Positions 1-20,533 of a DNA stretch of 64,000 nt are shown here, piece by piece. The position numbers were made by a program, and so were the translations under genes. Origin of the DNA: the human T2T-CHM13v2.0 reference genome, Homo sapiens; NCBI RefSeq assembly GCF_009914755.1, contig NC_060938.1. One strand, 5' to 3'. Numbering within the stretch: the stretch's first letter is position 1; each line of letters starts with the position of its first letter. The notes below the pieces were generated by a model that worked only from the letters and a program-made list of their open reading frames with translations, did no database searches and was not told the DNA's origin.

Positions 1-199
1 AAAAGCACCATGTGGGAAAAATTCTTCAATTTTTTTTAAGGCTTGATAAAATGTTTATTCAAAATCCATTGTAATATCTCACATTTGTTTCTGGCCTTTT
101 CTCCAGTTCTGACTTCACTGAGAAATTTGAAAGCTGTCAACTCTCCGAGGCTAGAATTAGAATGAGTAAAAGTGAAGTATCTGTCCTGGAACTAAGTCT

Positions 200-360
200 T
201 TGCTATTCAAAGCATAACCCTTGGATCAGCAACATCTCATCACCTGGGAGCTTGTTAGAAATGCAGACTCTCAGGCTCTGTTTCAACCTTATTCAATCAG
301 AATCTGTACTTTAATAACATCCCCCAGGTAATTTTTATACATATTAAAGTTTGAGATGTC
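200..360. mobile_element. MER5A-like hAT-Charlie DNA transposon relic
   Basis: Core 'atcacctgggagcttgttagaaatgcagactctcaggc...aatcagaatctg..tttaa...cccccaggt...attaaagtttgaga' typical of MER5A; ends approximate. Confidence 0.8.
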
Positions 361-861
361 CAGAAAAATCTAATCGTAGCAACAAAACAAAGGCAATTCC
401 AAATTCAAAAAAATCATTTTTAAATTCTGCGTCTCATCATGCATTCTGATTATGTATTAGTAAAAATATGAAATCCCACCTGGGCTTAATGCTAACTAAA
501 ATTTTAAATATTATCACTACTTTACATTTTTTAAAAAGAATAAAACATTTTAAAAAGCATTATGTAAGAAACGCATGGAGTCAGATTTGAGTTGGGAACT
601 GTTATTATGCTGGTTCTTTAGGCTGTTGTTTTCTAAGGGAACTAAATAACTCAATTTTCTTATCCTCTTTGGGTGAGTGGTGCTGTAAGTTTGAAGACTA
701 ATGTAAGGCTCTAGAGTCAGAAAGTATTTTATTCCATACCTAATTTTTCCACTATGTTTTGTTATTCATTTTAATAATTATACCCCTCTTATGTACTATG
801 TAAGTTTATTTTACCCAATAAGGTATACTTTACTATTAAAAAAATTTTAATCAATAACATA

Positions 862-3003
862 TGATATGGTTCAGGTCTGTGTACATGACCAAATCAAATC
901 AAATGGTAATTCTCAATGTTGGAGGGCAAGCCTGGTGGAAGATGATTGGATTATGGGGGCAGCCTTCTCCCTTGCAGTTCTCATGACAGTGAGTGAGTTC
1001 TTACAAGATCTGGTTGTTTGAAAGCGTGTAGCACTTCCCCCTTCATGCTCTCTCTCTCTCCTGCCAGCCATGTGAATATGTACTTGCTTGCCCTTCACCT
1101 TCCACCATGATTAAGTTTCCTGAGGTCTTCCCAGAAGCAGAAACCTGTATAGCTTTCAGAACTGTGAGCTGATTAAACCTCTTTTTTCTTTATAAATTAC
1201 CCAGTCTCAGGTATGTCTTTATAATAGTGTGAGAATGAACTGATACATAAAATTGGTACCAAAAAATGGGACATTGCTATAAAGATACCTGAAATGTGGA
1301 AGTAGCTTCGGAAATGTGGAACGGGTAGAAGTTGAAACAGCTTGGAGGGATCAAAAGAAGACAGGTTAGGGTATCTGGTGGAAGAAATTTCTAAGCAGCA
1401 AAGGATTCAAGATATGATCTGGCTGTTTCTAAAAGCATATGTTTATATTTGTAAGCAAAGAGATGAACTAAAACTGGAAATTATATTTAAAAGGGAAGCA
1501 GAGCATAACAGTTTGGAAAATTTGCAGCCTAGCCATGTGGTAGAAAAGAAAAACCAATTTTCTGGGTAGGAATTCAAGCCAGCTGCAGAAATTTGAATAA
1601 GAGGAGCCAAATTTTAATAGCCAAAACAATGGGGAAAATGCCTGGAAGGCATTTCAGAGACCTTCACAGCAGTCACTCCCATCATAGGCTCAGAGGACCA
1701 GGAGGGAAGAAGAATGGTTTCATGGGCCAGGCCCAGGGTCCTACTGCCTTGTGCAATCTCAGGTCACTGCTCCCTGTGTCCCAGCTGCTCCAGCTCTAGC
1801 TCCAGCTGTGGCTAAAAGGGCCCTGAATACATCTCAGGCCACTGCTTCAGAGGGTACAAGTCACAAACTTTGGAAGCTTTTACGTGATGTTAAGCCTGCA
1901 GGTACACAGAGGGCAAGAGGTGAGGCTTAGGAACCTCTGCCTATATTTCAGAGGATGTATGGAAACACCTGGCTGTCCAGGCAGACGTCTGCTGGGGGCA
2001 GTGCAGAGGAGAAATGTGGGGTTGGAGCCCCCACACAGAGTCCCCACTGGGGCACTGACTAGAGTGGAGCTGTGAGAAGAGGGCCACCATCTTCCAGACC
2101 CCAGAATGGTAGATCCACCAACAGCATGCATCATCCACTTGGAAAAGCCACAGGCACTCAATACCAGCTTGGGAAAGCAACCAAGGGGGCTGGATGTTGC
2201 AGAGTCACAGGGGTGGAGATGCCCAAGTCCTTGGGAGGCCATCCCTTGCATCAGTGTGGCCTGGATGTGAGACATGGAGTCAAAGAAGATTATTTTGGAG
2301 CTTTAAGATTTGTGAATGCCCTGCTGGGTTTTGTACTTGCATGGGGTCTGTAGCCCCTTTGTTTTGCTGATTTTTCCCTCTTGGAACAGGTATTATTACC
2401 CAATGCCTGTACCCCGATTGTATCTTAGAAATAACTAACTTGCTTTTGATTTTACAAGCTCAGAGGCAGAAGGCACTTGCCTTGTCTCAGATGAGATTTT
2501 GGACTATGAAATTTTGAGTTAATTCTGGAATGAGTTAAGACTTTGGGGGACTATTGGAAGGCATGATTGTGTTTTGAAATGTGAGAAGGACATGTGATTT
2601 GCGAGAAGTCAGGGGCAGAATGATATGGTTTGTGTCTGTGCCCCCACTCAAATATCTTGTTGAATTGTAATTCTCAACGTTGGAGGAGGGTCCTGGTGGG
2701 AGGTGATCGGATTATGGGGGCTGAATTCCCCCTTGCTGTTCTTACGATAGTGAGTGAGTTCTCATGAGTTCTGGTTGTTTGAAAGTGTGTAGCACTTCCC
2801 GCCTTCACTCTCTCTCCTGTGGGCCATGTGAAGATGTGCTACCTTCCCCTTCACCATCCACTGTGATTGTAAGTTTCCTGAGGCCTTCCCAGAAGCAGAA
2901 GCCTGTACAGCCCAAGGAATAGTGAGCCGATTAAACCTCTTTTCTTTATAAATTACCCAGTCTCAGGCATGTTTTTATAGCAGTGTGAGAACAGAATAAT
3001 ACA
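862..3003 (+). mobile_element. Complete MaLR provirus (MSTA-like): LTR 862-1247, internal 1248-2620, LTR 2621-3003
   Basis: Both LTRs run tgatatggtt...aca; perfect 5-bp TSD ACATA (857-861, 3004-3008); polypurine tract 'aggggcagaa' before the 3' LTR; internal region homologous to the THE1 internal at 11125-12708. Confidence 0.92.
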
Positions 3004-4423
3004 ACATATTGTCAAAAATCTTGTTCCAAAGTAACAGACTCTTGAGGAACATTGTGTAGATATTCACGTATCATCTGTTGCCAACCACTGTTGTCAAAAT
3101 TACTTAGCTGGGATTTTTGCTGCTGTCTTATGAGAAACAGGACACACTTGCTAAGCATCCGCACCTGTTAATAGCCACTTTGTTATCTCTCTTCACCTGT
3201 CTCTTTGTAGTCATGAGAATTGAAAACGTTATCTATAAATTGTATCTGCATTCCAATTATTAGACTAACAAGTTCCTGGCTGAGGAGGGGTTTTATAAGT
3301 ACTGTACCTGGTTTGATAGCCAGGAATGATACTATTTGGAGCAAGTCATTGTACAATTAGCCCAGGTTTAATGATCACATCTGCTGTAAATTACCATGAA
3401 CTTCATTTTATCCACATTGTAATCAACATTCAGAAAGGCTGTCCCTGTCCTTTCTTTTCTCCTACTTCACAGTCAACACTGAGTACCACCTCTTTAAAGG
3501 GCTCATGGATGCAGGATCTGGGCTTTTTTCTGCTTTCATAATTGCAATAGTACCTGCCTGTTCATCCTGACATGTGGCTGTATCCTGTGATAACAAAGGG
3601 ATTGCCATCTTTTTTATTTGGCTCACCCATAATACATGTGGATTAAGGCATTAAATACGGGCTCCATCTAGTGGTAGCCAACTGCATTCTTTCTTGTTTT
3701 TACATAGGCTCTTTGGGATTTTCTGTGTTCCTGATCAAACCAATCTCTTTCTGTGTACTCATAAGATATTTTTCCATTGGATCTCTGTTGCTTACTGTAC
3801 TGTTTACTTCCTGAGCACCATTTTTTGGGGGAGTGGGGATCTCCCTTGTGTTTGCAGCTCATTCTATCAGAGAACATGGCAGCCTTCCTGGTCTTTGCTC
3901 CTTCGCTAGATCTATTCTTTTATAGATTACAGCAAATTGGACACCTAGCAATTTGAAGTCTTTTTCTAGAATGCCCTCTCCCTGATAGTCCTTCTACTTC
4001 TCACTGTGGGCCCTGTTTGTATGCTGACAGGAAAACTACCTTCCTAGATGGAGTATTTCTACTCACTGATGGATGGATCTTTTGTATACTAAGAACTATA
4101 TTGCCATAGTTGCTTTTTGGTCCCAGCATTAGTCCACAGTACAGTCTTTATATCATTTTTTGTTAATGGAGAGCAAGAAATCCTAAATAACACAGATACA
4201 CAAATGTCTTCATTGCTACTATGATGTGTTACTACTACCTTAAAATAATTTTGGAAAACATGGCAAAAAACATAAGATTTATTATATCCAGGTGGTAAGT
4301 ATATAGTGTTTGTCATACTCTCTTTACTTTTCTGAAGGTTTGATTTCACAATAATAGTTTTTAAATATAATTGTTTTGTTCTAATAATTTTATGAATTAA
4401 AGAAGGGAAATATGCAAAACGTT

Positions 4424-4764
4424 TCATATGATTTGGCTCTGTGTCCCCATCCAAATTTCACCTTGAATTGTAATAATCTCCGTACGTCATGGGAGGTGAT
4501 TGAATCATGGGGTTGGGTTTCTCCTGTGCTGTTCTCATGATAGTGAATAAGTATCATGAGATCTGATGGTTTTATAAAGAGGAGTTCCTCTGCACATGAC
4601 CTCTTGCCTGCTGCCACGTAAGACATGACTTTGCTCCTAATCTGCCTTCCGTCATGATTATGAGGCCTCCCCAGCCATGCTGAATTGTGAGTCAATTAAA
4701 CCTCCTTATAAATTACCCAGTCTCAAATATGTCTTTATTAGCAGTGTGAAAACAGACTAATACA
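4424..4764 (+). mobile_element. THE1 (B/C-type) solo LTR
   Basis: 'ttggctctgtgtcccc...gaggcctccccagccatg...aattacccagtctc...gactaataca'; no clear TSD. Confidence 0.88.
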
Positions 4765-4899
4765 CCTCTGTGAACAACTTTGTCAAGCTTTTATAACTTG
4801 TTATTGCTGACATAGGCTGAGCAAAAATGCCACGAAAATTTGAGATTTGTGCCAAGCAAAGCTGTCCTTGTGGTTTTGTCTGTTTGAATGCACTTCTCT

Positions 4900-5175
4900 C
4901 CCAAACTCCACAAATCTTGGTTACTTACTGACTTTAGAGGTCAAATATAACCTTCTCAGTGATGCCTTTCCTGCCCAATAACTAATAATCCCCTCTCCAA
5001 TTATCCCTACCTTCTTCTGAATTTCACCTTTTGCACAAAAATTATCACCATTTTCATTTATGTATTCATTTTTAAATTGAATGTCTCCTAACATTTGAGT
5101 GTAAGTTCCATGAAAGCACTGTATATCTGGTACCTAGAATACTGTCTAACACATAGTTAGCACTAAATACATTAC
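4900..5175 (+). mobile_element. L2 3'-end fragment
   Basis: 'gtaagttccatga...tacctagaatactgtctaacacatagttagcactaaatac' resembles the L2 tail. Confidence 0.65.
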
Positions 5176-5615
5176 ATTAAGTTAATATCAGATAATATGC
5201 CATTTCTCCCTTAGGATGTCCTGGTGTATGAGAGTTGGGGATAATATTTATTGACAATCCCATTAGTACCTTGAATATTCTATTTCTTGATATCTTTCTC
5301 CTCTGATACTCTGCCACTTCTTGATATCTATATTCAGACAGATGAACCTGCGGATGGAACAAATTACGCAGAATGTCTATTAAGACTTACTACCAACAGG
5401 AGTAGAAATTGTGAATTACCATAGTGAGCCAGAATAATCTAACTCTAGATATAATATACATAATGTCAATAGAGGGGATTTTATTCTTAGAGTTCTTGAA
5501 TTCCTATAGCTATTCTATTGTGAGTTAGCTGAAATAAATGAGGATTCTTTCTTCAAGTTCTACTCAACACTCAGGAAAAGGGTAAAAAAAAAGTGATCTT
5601 CTTTATTTTCCTCAG

Positions 5616-5656
5616 CGATAAGAATTAATAACAGAAACTGGAAAGGAAAAGAACTG
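5616..5656 (+). other. Candidate 41-bp internal exon (host transcript unknown)
   Basis: Acceptor 'tctttattttcctcag' and donor 'CTG|gtaagc' in non-repeat DNA; one frame open (IRINNRNWKGKEL). Confidence 0.3.
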
Positions 5657-6156
5657 GTAAGCACTCAGAAAAGTTTCAAAGGCGGTATTAAACTGAACTT
5701 CAGATTCCAGCTTGAGAGGGCATAAACCAGAGAAGGAGGAAAAGCATTGTGATAAATATCTCATTTACAATTCCGCATTTCTGATTCCTTTTGTTTTTTT
5801 ACTTGAATGCATCTTTTCAGTAGGGATTTTAGGAAGATTTCATCTAAATGAGTGCTCAGGAAGCCCTCTCTGCTCTCCACTGAGATGCCTTCAATTAAAA
5901 GTGATACTTCACACCAGTTATTCCAACTGCTGCTAAAATGTCAAAATGAGAAGCATGTTGGATTGTACCATGACCCAGAGCAAATGTAAATAACCACAGC
6001 ACTGCAATAGCATCGTGTAGTAATATACCTTTCTTAAAATAAGGAGGATGTTTTAATTCAACTAACAAGCAAAAGTGGAAAAGTGAATTACAACTTTTCA
6101 CATTATCAGCTACATTTTCCCCAGTCTTAGAGTAAAAACATATTTTTTCTTTTCAG

Positions 6157-6198
6157 TTTCTGTGCAAGGAACGCTGTGGATTCATAAAACCTGCCAAA
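6157..6198 (+). other. Candidate 42-bp internal exon (host transcript unknown)
   Basis: Acceptor 'ttttttcttttcag' and donor 'AAA|gtaagt'; frame 1 open (FLCKERCGFIKPAK). Confidence 0.3.
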
Positions 6199-8881
6199 GT
6201 AAGTGCATTGCTTTTTCTCTGAAGCAGAGATCAAGAACAAATAAGGCCTCCAGTTTTCAAAGGCAAGGAACAAATGACTTTATGCTGGATGTACATGGTG
6301 TTATTTGGAATAGGCAATGGAAAATGAAGTGAGACCAGGGACACAGTCTGGAAAGGCATTTTCTCTTCTTGGCTTAAATAATTGCTATAGAGACTGTTTA
6401 CTATTGGTAAATACATTTTTTCTTTGATACTGTTTTTGTCTGTAGCTTGTCTTTTTTTCTTTTCAATAAGATTAAGAATCTAAGTAAGCTAAGAGCTGTA
6501 ATATGTACAGATTCCGCCCCACAGGATTCATCTATTTATTAAGTGTCTATGTACACACTATACTCTCTTAGACTGTAAGCTCCACACAGCCAAAGTTGAA
6601 TGCACTTGTAAACTGAGATTGCCACAATTGTTTTAACCCCTATAAAAAATCCTTACATTTTTACAGTAACTCATAATCTATGATTACTAAATCACTCCTG
6701 GATTTATGATATTACCCCATTTTGACATGAATACACTTAGGGGAGTTCCAAAAGGCAAAACTTTTACTGGGCATTTACAAATTTATCATAAATTAAATGA
6801 TTATTCTTCTCCTCCTCCTCCTACTCCTCCTCTTCTGTGACTGCCTGACATTGCTTCACTAAAACTTTAATAATTTAACTTTAAAATAAATATCACTTAC
6901 TTAAAAGCAGGCAAATAGTTTATAGATATTTTATAATCATGGCTATTAAAATATTTTAAAATAATTATTTATTTTAGTTTATTTTCTATGGTGTCCAAAG
7001 GACTTATTTTTATCAATCCCTACCATTTTTCCATAAAAGCATAATTAACCTTCAAGGATGCATGTTAGCACCTGAAAGCCTCAATAATATTTGTAAAAAT
7101 GAATGCAAATTTTCTATTTAGGATTATATTAAATAAAAAAGAACATTCTGACTTCCCTGCCAATTATCAAAAGTTACTTCAGTAAAAAAGAAATGCATAT
7201 GTATGATTTATTGTACTATAAATACACACAACATGCACATGTACAGACACATACATTATGTTTTTAATATTATGCTTTCAAATTGGGACAGCCAAGGAAC
7301 AAAAGGAAGGACACCAATGAAGACTATTTGCTTTTTTGAACTCCTCTGTGTTTTAAAAATTACAATTGTGAATCTCCTTTTAAAAATCTTTATTATACAT
7401 TGACATTAAAGCTGACTTATCATTTTATTTAGTAGACAGACATCCCTAGCTTCCAGGCTTCATGACACAGAAGAGGTTTCAACATGTTTTTTCCAGTTTC
7501 CACTTTTGTCTTGTCCCATCTCAATTTTCTGATCCCTTATTGAGATTGCTTGAATAGAAATACTCGTATTTTTTCCTTGTGAAACAACATTGTCATATCC
7601 TATTTTCTGAGATAATACTGCTATATTTTCAAAGTTATATTCAACCTATGATTCCCTTATCTCTCCAAATTCACTATGTTTGAGGAGAGTTAAATCTTCT
7701 TTTGCCTTTAAAATTAACCTCCAAGAACATTCAGGCACAGGAAATTCAGCAATGACAACTCAGTTTCTGTTAATAAATAACTAGTTTTTACTCCTTCTAT
7801 AAATGAACATCTTAGTTTTAGTTTAGTTAGATTTAACAGTCTAAATAAAAGAATGTTTTTTCTATTTCTTACCTTCATTAGATCATATTTTTTATTAGGC
7901 CTGGATGCTGAATACTAAATCCATTCAATAAGGACAAGATTGATTTATCATATTCATTTGAAGATGGTGGTATCTAATGAGTATACAAGAAGATGTTTTG
8001 CCTTTACAATAAATTGATGAAATTTCATTATACTCAGTATAATCTTTAGGTACTCAAAGCAAACTTGCTGGCACTGGTGGGAAAGATCAGATGTTAGAAA
8101 CCATAACTTGAGGACCAAAAGACAACAGTATCCTTATTACCTAATCAGAAGATAAGAAAGGCAATCTTTCAAGTAGGTGCCAAGCCCATGAGATTTTATC
8201 ATGAAAAACAAATAAAGCAAAGCAACAATCTAGTATTTTTCATTTTTAACCATACATAAACTAAAAGGGTGTAAGTCACAGCACAAATATCTAAGGTCTG
8301 TAATACTCTGACAAAAGAATGGTATAAATTTTAACGGATTATTCAATATTTTGTTGAATTCTAGCTGTATGTGGATTTGATGACTTCTCAAACTCTTTAT
8401 AGCTCCTCAAATTGCTGAGTCTATCAACGTATAACCTTTCACTGTTTGAAGTAGTTGTGACAACAAAACATCCCCCCATCATGCACAATATAAACAGCCT
8501 TCAAGAAACTTGATGAAGCTAGGAATGTTTTATCTAGTTTCATTTTAGAAATAGAGGGAAAAATATCTGAGATTTTGCAGATATTTCTCTTTTTTTCTGT
8601 TTAAAAGTAATTTCATTTTTAAAATAAAAACTGTCATTAGCTAACTTTTTACATCTCAAAGATTTTGTGTGGCTTTGAACAGTGTACAATATGTTCTCTT
8701 TCCTTGAGGTTGTCTGATATAAGTGAATTTGTGGTGGTATAAATATATTAAAGAGAACCAATGTTTCTCTCTTTAAAAATTGCTAACATCAACACTTTCC
8801 CATAAGGAGAGAACAAATAAAAGAGAAAGTTTATCTTTATGGTACATGCAAATTATTCTCTTTACACAAATAAAGGCACAC

Positions 8882-9089
8882 CAAGAGAGAGTGAGGGCTA
8901 CATACTTTGAAATGATGAGATCTCATGAGAACTCACTACCGTGAGGACAGTACCGAGAAGGATGGTGCCAAATCATTCATGAGGGATCCATCCCCATGAT
9001 CCAACCACCTCCCACCAGGTCCCACCTCCAACAACTGGGTGTATTTGTTCTCACGCTGCTACTAAAGACATACTCAAGACTGGGAAATT
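8882..9089 (-). repeat. Inverted local copy of the THE1/MST junction at 24744-24971
   Basis: Reverse complement aligns over ~205 bp, including the THE1 end, the CCCAG TSD and MST sequence. Confidence 0.85.
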
Positions 9090-10755
9090 ACTACTACTTG
9101 TCATAATAGCCTTATGTAACAAAAAAATATAATTCAAAAACAGTTGATAACAATAATTGGTAAATCTGAAGTGACTGATGCATGTATATATATGTGTATA
9201 TATATGTATATATGTAGAAATAGAAAAACTCAGTGTATATTTGAAAGGTAAGAAAATGCCTTCAAGATGAACTAATTTATCACTATTCTCAATTTTTAAA
9301 TTGATACATCATAATCGTATATATTTATGGGATATATGTGATATTTTGGTATATAAATACAATGTGCTATGATTAAGTCAGGGTAATTGGGATATCCATC
9401 AATTAAAGCATTATTCCTGTGTGGTGAGAACATTCCAACTCTTCTCTTTTAGCTATCTTGAAATATACAATAAATTATTGATAACTATAGACACCATACT
9501 GTGCTGTCAAACACTAGAGTGTATTTCTTCTAACTGTATTCTTTTTAACCCATTAACTAACCTCTCTTCATCTCTTCGTCTCCCCTCCCCCTACCTTTCC
9601 CAGCCTCTGGTAACCACCTTTCTACTCTATCTCCTTGAGGTCAACTTTTTTAGCTCTTACATATGAAAGAGTACGTGTAACATTTTTGTTTCTGTGCCTG
9701 GCTTATGTCATTTCACAGAATGTTCTCTAGGCTCTTCCATGTTGCTGAAAATGATAGGATTTCATTCTTTTTTATGACTGGATAATATTGTCTGTATATT
9801 TACTAATTTTTCTTTATCAATGGATCCATTGATGGACACTTAGGTTTAAACTATATTGTGGTGTAAACAGTGCTGCAATAAACATGGGAGTGTAGATATC
9901 TTTTCAATATACTGATTTTCTTTCTTTAGATATATACCCAGCAGTTGGATTGCTGGATCATATGATAGTTCTACTTTTAGTTTTTTGAGTAACATCCATA
10001 CTATTCTCCATAGTGGCTGTACTAATTTGCATGCAATATAGGACAGTTCTCCTTTTCCCATATCCCCTCCAACATATATTATTGCTCGTCTTTTGGATAA
10101 AAGCCATCTTAACTACAGTGAGATGATATCTCATATGGTCATGTTTTAATTTGCATTGCTCGAATGATGGATGAGGTTTAGCTTTTTGTTTCCCCACATA
10201 CCCATTGGCCATTTGTGTATCTTGTTTTAAGTAATGTCTAATCAGATCTTTTGTCCAGTTTTTAGTCAATTTTTCCCTATTGAGTTGTTTGTGCTCTTTA
10301 CATATTGTGGTTATTAATCCCTTGCCAGATGAGTAGTTTGCAAATATTTTCTCCAATTTTGTGAGTTGTCTCTTCACTTTGTTGATTGTTTCCTTTGCTG
10401 TGCAGTAGCTTTTTAGCTTAATGTGATTCTACTTGTCAACTTTTATTTTGGTTGCCTGTGCTTTTGAGGTCTTACCCAAAATATCTTTGTCCAGACCAAT
10501 GTCCTGAAGCATTTCCCTAATAATGTTTTCTTCTAATAGCTACAGAGTTTCAGGTCTTACATGTAAGTCTTTTCATTTTTATTTGCTTTTTCCAATATGG
10601 TGATACAAGGATCTAGTTTCTTTCTTATACATGTGATATCTGGTTTTTCCAGCACCATTTACTGCAGAGATTGTCCTTTCCCAAATATATATTCTTGAAA
10701 CCTTTGTTGAAATGAGTAGGCTGTAAATATGTGGATTTATTTCTGGGTTCTCTAT

Positions 10756-13388
<2,633 letters not shown>

Positions 13389-15653
13389 TCTATTTTGTTC
13401 CACTGGTCTATGTATCTGTGTTTATGCCAGTACCATGCTTTTTTGGTTGGTATAACTTGGTAGTACATTTTGAAGCCAGGTAGTTATTTCAACTTTGTTC
13501 TTCTCACTGAGGATTGGGGTCTTTTGTGGTTCTATACCAATTTTAGGATTGTGTTTTCCATTTCTGTGAAAAATATAACTGATATTTTATAAAGATTGCA
13601 TTAAATCTGTAGATTGCTTTAGGTAGCATAGATATGTTAACAATATTGATTCTTCCAAACAATAAACATGGATTACCATTTGATTTTTTGGTGTCCTCTT
13701 TAATTTCTTTTTATCAGTGTTTTATAATTTTTAATGAAGAGAAATCTGCTGTTAGTCTATGGCGATTCTCCTATATGTGACATGTTGCTTTTCTCTTGAT
13801 CTTTTTAGAATTCCTTCTCTTAGATTTTTACCATTTGATAAAAATGTGCCTCAGAGAGAAACTTTTTGAGAAAAATCTACTGGGGAATTTTTGAACTTCT
13901 TATATTGAATATCTATATCTCTTCTAAGAGTTGGGAAGCTTTTAGTTGTTTTATTAAATAGGTTTTCTATACCTTTTTCTTTCTCTTCTTCTGGAAATCC
14001 AATTAGGTGCTGGCTTGATGATGTCACATATATCATGTAGGCTTTCTTCATTCTTTTTTTTTGTCTGAGTTATTTCAGAATACTTGTCTAAGCTCAGAAT
14101 TTCTTTCTTCTGATTGATCTATTATTGAAGCTCTTGATTATGTTTATTGTATTTTATTCAATGAAACCTTCAGTTTCAAGATTATTTAAATCTTGAATAT
14201 CAACTCTATCTTTTTGTTATCTATCTCTTTGTTAAATTTTCATTCAGATAATTTTTTTTCTGATTTCTTTCATTGCTTAATGGTTTTATTATTATACTTT
14301 AAGTTTTAGGGTACATGTGCACAATGTGCAGGTTTGTTACATATTATACATGTGCCATGTTGGTGTGCTGCACCCATTAACTCGTCATTTAGCATTAGGT
14401 ATATCTCCTAATGCTATCCCTCCCACCTCCCCCCACCCCACAAAAGGCCCCGGAGTGTGATGTTCCCCTTCCTGTGCCCATTTGTTCTCATTGTTCAATT
14501 CCCACCTATGAGTGAGAACATGCAGTTTGGTTTTTTTGTCCTTGCGATAGTTTGCTGAGAAGATGGTTTCCAGCTTCATCCATGTCCCTACAAAGGACAT
14601 GAACTCTTCATTTTTTATGCCTGCATAGTATTCCATGGTGTATATGTGCCACATTTTCTTCATCCAGTCTATCATTGTTGGACATTTGGCTTGATTCCAA
14701 GTCTTTGCTATTGTGAATAGTGCCGCAATAAACATACGTGTGCATGCGTCTTTATAGCAGCATGATTTATAATCCTTTGGGTATATACTCAGTAATGGGA
14801 TGGCTGGGTCAAATGGTATTTCTAGTTCTAGATCCCCGAGGAATCGCCACACTGACTTCCACAAGGTTGAACTAGTTTACAGTCCCACCAACAGTGTAAA
14901 AGTGTTTCTATTTCTCCACATCCTCTCCAGCACCTGTTGTTTCCTGACTTTTTAATGATCGCCATTCTAACTGGTATGAGATGGTATCTCACTGTGGTTT
15001 TGATTTGCGTTTCTCTGATGGCCAGTGATGCTGAGCATTTTTTCATGTGTTTTTTGGCTGCATCAATGTTTTTTTTTTGAGAAGTGTCTGTTCATATCCT
15101 TTGCCCACATTTTGATGAGGTTTTTTTTCTTGTAAATTTGTTTGAGTTCATTGTAGATTCTGGATATTAGCCCTTTGTCAGATGAGTAGGTTGCAAAAAT
15201 TTTCTCCCATTTGTTAGGTTGCCTGTTCACTCTGATGGTAGTTTCTTTTGCTGTGCAGGAGCTCTTTAGTTTAATTAGATCCCATTTGTCAATTTTGGCT
15301 TTTGTTGCCATTGCTTTTGGTGTTTTAGACATGAAGTCCTTCCCCATGCATATGTCCTGAATGGTATTGCCTAGGTTTTCTTCTAGGTTTTTTATGGTTT
15401 TAGGTCCAACATACAAGTCTTTAATCCATCTTGAATTAACTTTTGTATAAGGTGTAAGGAAGGGCTCCAGTTTCAGCTTTCTACATATGGCTAGCCAGTT
15501 TTCCCAGCACCATTTATTAAATAGGGAATCCTTTCCACATTTCTTGTTTTTGTCAGGTTTCTCAAAGATCAGACGGTTACAGATATGCGGCATTATTTCT
15601 GAGGGCTCTGTTCTGTTCCACTGATCTATGTCTCTGTTTTGGTACCAGTACTA

Positions 15654-16154
<501 letters not shown>

Positions 16155-16157
16155 TTA

Positions 16158-20533
<4,376 letters not shown>

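Noticed and set aside
1342-2353. Cluster of short ORFs, similar to those at 11400-12749
   Set aside because: Decayed MaLR internal sequence; the similarity is family homology.
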